Positions 59,347 through 64,000 of a DNA stretch of 64,000 bases are shown in pieces. The stretch's first letter is position 1; each line of letters begins with the position of its first letter. The stretch covers positions 128,001-192,000 of the forward strand of contig JBBQFN010000005.1 of NCBI GenBank assembly GCA_038321985.1. The letters are read 5' to 3'. A program made the position numbers and the translations under genes. Under the pieces are notes generated by a model. It was given only the letters and a program-made list of their open reading frames with translations, was not told where the DNA came from and made no database searches. The stretch comes from Cyanophyceae cyanobacterium. Its GTDB lineage: Bacteria; Cyanobacteriota; Cyanobacteriia; Cyanobacteriales; Laspinemataceae.

Positions 59347-61512
59347 CTAAACCGCTAAAGTCAAATCCCAGCTGTTCAGTGTTCCCATATCTCCTGGAAC
59401 ACTATCTCTGACCCACAACTGCCAGACCCCCTTAGCGGATTGATTGCAAAGCTGGCGCAGGGTTGGGGTGGTCTGTATGGAGTAAGTTTTATTCAACTGA
59501 GTTTGACACCCCAGGGTCCGGCTTTGCAATTGCACAAAATGACCGTTGGGCGCAATTAAGTAAAGTTCCAAATCTCCGAGATAGCTGTGTTGGATATCTA
59601 CCGTGACTCGGATATCACCAACGACACTCGAATCGGCAACAGAGATTTCGCTCATTAATCCAGGGCGATTATTGCTTCCGAAAACGTTAAAGGGAAATAA
59701 GCTCGCTTGATTCGCTTCAAAATCAGGAATTGCCTGCCGACGAGTGTTGCGTTCCTGAATCGAATGAGTAAGCTGTGTCGGCATTACAAACAGAAGCTGA
59801 GCCCGTTTTACTGCATTATACGCATTCACTTTTCCATAGCCAAACCACTGAGAGTGACCCTTACTATCATAAGTGCCATAGCGATTGCCGAGTTGAATAT
59901 CGACACCAGTATCGATAATCTTATCCGCACTTTGCTCTAAAATCTGCTTGACCTGAGCCGCCGTCAAGTGAGGATTCACAGAAAGGACTAAAGCAGCCAC
60001 ACCGGCAACCACAGGACAGGCACTGGAAGTCCCCCCGAAATAGCCTGTATAATCTCCGTCATCGTAACCGAGAGACCCGAGGCGATCGGTTGTGAAAATA
60101 CCCAAACCTGTTAAGTACCCCTTAATCTCTGGGGGGGTGTTCACCGAGCCCATTTCTTGAAGCCACATTCCCGGAGGTGCGTTATTACTCGGAGCACAAA
60201 CGGAGATGGAACTCCCCCAGTTACTATAGGCTGCCTTTTTATTCAGGCTGGTGCAAGCCGCCACGGTGATGACATCGGGATGGACAGCAAAACCACTGAG
60301 CCATTTAACTGACCCGGTGAGTACGTTATTGGGCCAGCCACTCTCGTTAACGGTGCCAGTGGTGGGACGGTTGGCATTGCCTGCGGCAAAGACGATAACA
60401 CAACCCTTGCCATTGCGTCCTTGGGTGGCGGCTCGGGTAATGGCAGCTCGTTGACGCAGAGAGAGGGGAAAATATACCGCAGAAGCCCCCCAACTACAGG
60501 AAATCACTGAGGCTCCTTTGGTCACGGCCCAATCAAAGACTTGCTCGATGGATTCGTCATCTAAGTAGCCGGTGGTTCGGATTGGCATCAGGGCGCAACC
60601 GGGGGCAACACCCACAATACCGACGCCATTTTCTTCGGCAACGGCGACTCCTGCACAGGCGGTGCCGTGGTTGTCTGACTCTCCTTCGGGGAGGGGTAAA
60701 AAGTTTTTACGCTTAAAGTCTTTGGGGGCGACGACTTTACCGGGGCCTTGGAAATCCGGGTGATTGAGGTCGATCGCATCATCGGTGACGGCAACTACCA
60801 CAGAACGGATGCCTCGGGTAATATCCCAGGCTTTTTCTGCCTCAATGTGGGAACCGGGGGCGAGGTCTTGTCCTCCTTTGTTATGTAAATACCACTGTTT
60901 GTGATAGAAGCTGCTGCGCGGCAGGTAGTGGTTTTGGGTCGTGATGACGATGTTGGGTTCGGCGGTGAGAACCTCGGATTTTCGCATCAGCCGGTTGGCA
61001 ATTTTGATGGGGTTTTCCGTGGCAGTACGACGGAGGTAGCTAATAAAGGTGTTGGGGATGCCTCCGATGGGTTTGGCGAGGTCAAGTTTTACGGAATCAG
61101 CGATCGCCTGGCGTTGGGTTTCATCTACGGTTTCAGCAAATTGAATCGTGACCTCATCGGTGAGGTAAACCCGCATTTGCGGATTGTTATCCACTTTATA
61201 AACATGACTGACAAAGGCGACTTCTTTTAAATTACGCACCCAAATCATGACCTTTTCTAGGTCCGCCTCGTCCACGGTAAATTCTTCTAAATCCGTATTA
61301 GGGAGTTGCTGTTGGTGGGTGGCAGGAATTTGCCTAAACCAATCTTTGGGGGCATTGGGTTCGAGGGGGCGGACTGTAAAGCGATCGCTGAGTTTTAATA
61401 GGAGTAATTCTTCTCCGCCTCGTTGCAATAGGGTCCCGAGACTTTCATCGGATACGCCGATTGCTACGGGATTGGATTCAGAGGCATCTGACCGATAAAC
61501 TTGACCAGTCAT
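59347..61512 (-). CDS. S8 subtilisin-like serine protease with C-terminal proprotein convertase P domain
   Basis: Triad VAVTDD / HGTACAG / GTSSACP; AAGN; P domain HSYLGDL...G.WQLWVRD...SWDL. Confidence 0.93.
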   Translation of the reverse strand: MTGQVYRSDASESNPVAIGVSDESLGTLLQRGGEELLLLKLSDRFTVRPLEPNAPKDWFRQIPATHQQQLPNTDLEEFTVDEADLEKVMIWVRNLKEVAFVSHVYKVDNNPQMRVYLTDEVTIQFAETVDETQRQAIADSVKLDLAKPIGGIPNTFISYLRRTATENPIKIANRLMRKSEVLTAEPNIVITTQNHYLPRSSFYHKQWYLHNKGGQDLAPGSHIEAEKAWDITRGIRSVVVAVTDDAIDLNHPDFQGPGKVVAPKDFKRKNFLPLPEGESDNHGTACAGVAVAEENGVGIVGVAPGCALMPIRTTGYLDDESIEQVFDWAVTKGASVISCSWGASAVYFPLSLRQRAAITRAATQGRNGKGCVIVFAAGNANRPTTGTVNESGWPNNVLTGSVKWLSGFAVHPDVITVAACTSLNKKAAYSNWGSSISVCAPSNNAPPGMWLQEMGSVNTPPEIKGYLTGLGIFTTDRLGSLGYDDGDYTGYFGGTSSACPVVAGVAALVLSVNPHLTAAQVKQILEQSADKIIDTGVDIQLGNRYGTYDSKGHSQWFGYGKVNAYNAVKRAQLLFVMPTQLTHSIQERNTRRQAIPDFEANQASLFPFNVFGSNNRPGLMSEISVADSSVVGDIRVTVDIQHSYLGDLELYLIAPNGHFVQLQSRTLGCQTQLNKTYSIQTTPTLRQLCNQSAKGVWQLWVRDSVPGDMGTLNSWDLTLAV

Positions 61513-62032
61513 TGGATGTATTCCTTGCTGATTTATCTGTTGGCTAAGGAGTTTTATTCATTTAGCCAACGGATAAATCAGTAAGATTGTAGGTGGCGCA
61601 GGATTTGAGGCGATCGCCGTGCAACGCGAGCACTTGTGTGCAGCGCTGTCCGTAATTCTGCATCCGGTGATCACCAAGTTTCGGGCGATCGCCCCAGGTT
61701 GAGCGAAATTTGCACCGACTGGGAGAGGAACTCCTGAATGCATAAATATAAGTCCCATTACTTTTTTTGTAGAGATTGCCTAAAGAAACCGAGTTTTTAA
61801 CCTTTACTGTTACTGTCTTAATACTGAACCCACCCCCCAGGCGCGGGTTAGTCAATTGCCGAAACACTCATCCCTGATTCTGGGGTGGCGATCGCTAAGG
61901 GCCTCCCCCGGGGAGAATCCACCCCTTAAATTTTTCTCATTTCCAGTTTCCTCAACAAGCCGGGACATTGCAATGTTAAGATACCTAAAGTTTTTATCGC
62001 TCTGGTGTTCTCTCCGCACACAAAGGTACTTT

Positions 62033-63277
62033 ATGGGATCTGCTGTGAAAGTTCCCCCGCTCGGTTTCGCGGGTTTATTGTCCATACCCCTTTTAACAGG
62101 ATTAACCCTGTTTTCTCCGCTACCCCTTCGGGCGCAAGGACTGTCTCAACCCGATGGATTAGATGGATTGCAGCCCTCTAAGCGCCCAACCGAAACCCTA
62201 ACGCTTCCAACTCCGACGCAGCGGGGGGCCACATTCCCATTGCAGCCAACTTCGCAATCCATACCCCCACCGGAGGGCGTCACTCTACCCGAAGACCCCG
62301 AGGATTTGCGCCGATTAGCTGCGGATAGCACCTTACTCAGTATGGAGGCGGGGCAGCGCTTAATCCAAGAAGCTAAGGAATCTGCTGCCGCTCAACAGTA
62401 CGACCCAGCCGTAAGTAAGCTGCAACAATCCAGGGAGATTTTTAATCAACTTTCCACTTTCCACCAACAGCTTTATACCAGCTTTACCGGCATTGATAAC
62501 CGCATCGCCAATAACCAACGAACGCTCGCGGCAGAAACTGCCCAGATGCGAGACGAGGCGAGTTACGAACTAGCGGTGGTCCATAGCGCCCAAAATAAAC
62601 CTGAACTCGCTGTCCCCTTACTCATTCAGATTGTGGGGTCTCAACAGCCAACCCGAGAACTCGGTCGCCAAGCCTATCAGTTGCTAAGTGAAATCGGCTT
62701 TGTAGATATCCCCAAGGAACCTACCAGTTCGGATGCCGCAGAAGCCGATGCCGTAGAAGCCGATGCCGCAGCCGATGCCGCAGCCGATGCCGCAGAAGTG
62801 GATGCCAACACTGAAGTCTCCCCGGAAGAACCCCGTATCAATCCTCAACAGACTGGACTGTTAAGCATTCAAGCGGGAAATCGGTTGATGGAAGAAGCTC
62901 GACAATCTGCCGGTGCGGAACAGTATGAAGACGCGGTGAGTAAACTGCAACGGTCCCGGGAGATTTTCAATCAGCTGTCTAATTTTTATCAGCAGCTTTT
63001 TACGAGTTTTTCAGGAATCGATAACGCGACGGCAGAAAACCATCGGATCCTGGCAGCGGAAACCGCTGAAATGCGTGATTTAGCCACATACGAACTGGCC
63101 CTCGTGCATCGGGTGCAAAATCAACCGGCATTGGCGGTGCCTTTGTTGATTCAGATTATCCGTTCTCAGCAGCCAACGCGAGAGTTGGGGAAAAAAGCCT
63201 ACGAGCAATTGTGGGAACTGGGTTTTGTGGATGCGCCCTATCCTGGAGGACGCCAGAGTTCCTCGGGGCTTCAGTAA
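62033..63277 (+). CDS. Exported hypothetical protein with an internally duplicated ~130-aa helical domain
   Basis: Signal peptide; two copies of LLS..AG.RL..EA...REIFNQLS.F.QQL..SF.GIDN...PLLIQI..SQQPTRELG..AY..L.E.GFVD; ORF open from 61856. Confidence 0.8.
   Translation: MGSAVKVPPLGFAGLLSIPLLTGLTLFSPLPLRAQGLSQPDGLDGLQPSKRPTETLTLPTPTQRGATFPLQPTSQSIPPPEGVTLPEDPEDLRRLAADSTLLSMEAGQRLIQEAKESAAAQQYDPAVSKLQQSREIFNQLSTFHQQLYTSFTGIDNRIANNQRTLAAETAQMRDEASYELAVVHSAQNKPELAVPLLIQIVGSQQPTRELGRQAYQLLSEIGFVDIPKEPTSSDAAEADAVEADAAADAAADAAEVDANTEVSPEEPRINPQQTGLLSIQAGNRLMEEARQSAGAEQYEDAVSKLQRSREIFNQLSNFYQQLFTSFSGIDNATAENHRILAAETAEMRDLATYELALVHRVQNQPALAVPLLIQIIRSQQPTRELGKKAYEQLWELGFVDAPYPGGRQSSSGLQ
62732..62806 (+). 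repeat. In-frame 12/15-bp tandem repeat (GATGCCGCA[GAA]GCC) encoding an Ala/Asp linker
   Basis: DAAEA-DAVEA-DAAA-DAAA-DAAEV-DA. Confidence 0.85.
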
Positions 63278-63398
63278 CACTGCGCGATTGCCTAGGGAAT
63301 TTTGCGAAATTTACCCCCCTTGTTTTCCCTGTTCCGGTGGCGATCGCCCTTCTACAATTAAATTAGACTACTAATATGAAGTATGGACAGGAGTAACA

Positions 63399-63659
63399 AT
63401 GGTTAGCCCGGATCAGGTAAAGGCAATGATCGAGGCAAAATTGCCCGATGCTCAGGTGAAGGTTGAAGATTTGACTGGCACCCGAGATCACTATCAGGTC
63501 ATCGTCATTTCTTCCCACTTTGAAGGACTACCCCGAGTGCGGCAGCATCAGTTGGTGTATGGTTCCCTACAAGAGGCTATGTCCACAGAGGCGATCCATG
63601 CGCTAACCATGAAGACTTATACCCCTAACGCTTGGAGTGAAGTCTCTGGGGCCGTCTGA
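63399..63659 (+). CDS. bolA: BolA family protein
   Basis: DHYQV..IS..FEGL.RVRQHQLVY, IHAL..KT.TP; RBS AGGAG. Confidence 0.93.
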   Translation: MVSPDQVKAMIEAKLPDAQVKVEDLTGTRDHYQVIVISSHFEGLPRVRQHQLVYGSLQEAMSTEAIHALTMKTYTPNAWSEVSGAV

Positions 63660-63763
63660 TCACTACCCAGTCTCGTCAAGCTGTCAATACGGGCGATCGC
63701 CCTGGCTACTCCCGTACCCAATTCTGGCACAGTAACACCCCCTTACCTTAACGAACACCAATC

Positions 63764-64000
63764 ATGACTATAACTCCCGAACTCAAAGAGCGAATTGACA
63801 ATATCGTAAACCGTAACAAAATTACGGTTTTCCTGAAGGGAACCAAGCTGATGCCCCAATGTGGTTTTTCCAACAATGTGGTGCAGATTCTCAACACCTT
63901 GGGCGTTCCTTACGAAACCGTTAACGTTCTAGAAGACTTTGATATTCGTCAGGGGATCAAAGACTATTCTAACTGGCCTACCATTCCCCAGGTCTATGTT
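63764..64000 (+). CDS. grxD: Monothiol glutaredoxin Grx4 (runs off the window end)
   Basis: Translated by hand: [12 protein letters not shown]...[14 protein letters not shown]...[19 protein letters not shown]; follows bolA. Confidence 0.93.
   Translation, partial: MTITPELKERIDNIVNRNKITVFLKGTKLMPQCGFSNNVVQILNTLGVPYETVNVLEDFDIRQGIKDYSNWPTIPQVYV

Larger units (their letters stand above)
1..64000. repeat. Dispersed HIP1 octamer GCGATCGC (often GGCGATCGCC)
   Basis: Many dozens of occurrences in coding and intergenic DNA (e.g. 3746); characteristic of cyanobacteria. Confidence 0.95.

Noticed and set aside
600..63280. Many 60-150 aa ORFs antisense to or overlapping long genes
   Set aside because: Shadow ORFs of well-supported CDSs with no protein motifs

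Overview
Chromosomal window from a cyanobacterium, probably a filamentous Oscillatoriales-like strain. The inference rests on very dense HIP1 GCGATCGC octamers, AGAAACCGGGTTTCT palindromes and typical gene content. Most of the window is core or housekeeping DNA: GH57, yqeK-rsfS-CGLD27-asparaginase, pcxA, potABCD, fbp-tal-zwf-opcA, cobB, grxC-DCC1-tadA, plsC and bolA-grxD. Points of interest: (1) a class II ribonucleotide reductase (nrdJ) with two LAGLIDADG inteins, both lacking the penultimate His, the second ending in Gln just before a catalytic Cys; (2) tandem gifA/IF7 glutamine synthetase inhibitors (the second Cys-rich) behind a promoter with an NtcA site and an HLR1 (RpaB) site; (3) a promoter- and terminator-bounded, structured, ORF-less ~240 nt candidate sRNA downstream of cobB; (4) four membrane proteins within 10 kb that mix two shared uncharacterised domains; (5) a decayed multi-kinase/PP2C gene interrupted by a 102-bp TA-duplicating MITE; (6) a REP-like GTAG-palindrome cluster with a compensatory base-pair change; (7) a 47-aa Hli gene missed by the ORF track. 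I saw no rRNA, tRNA or CRISPR array. All assignments come from motif recognition by eye, without database searches.
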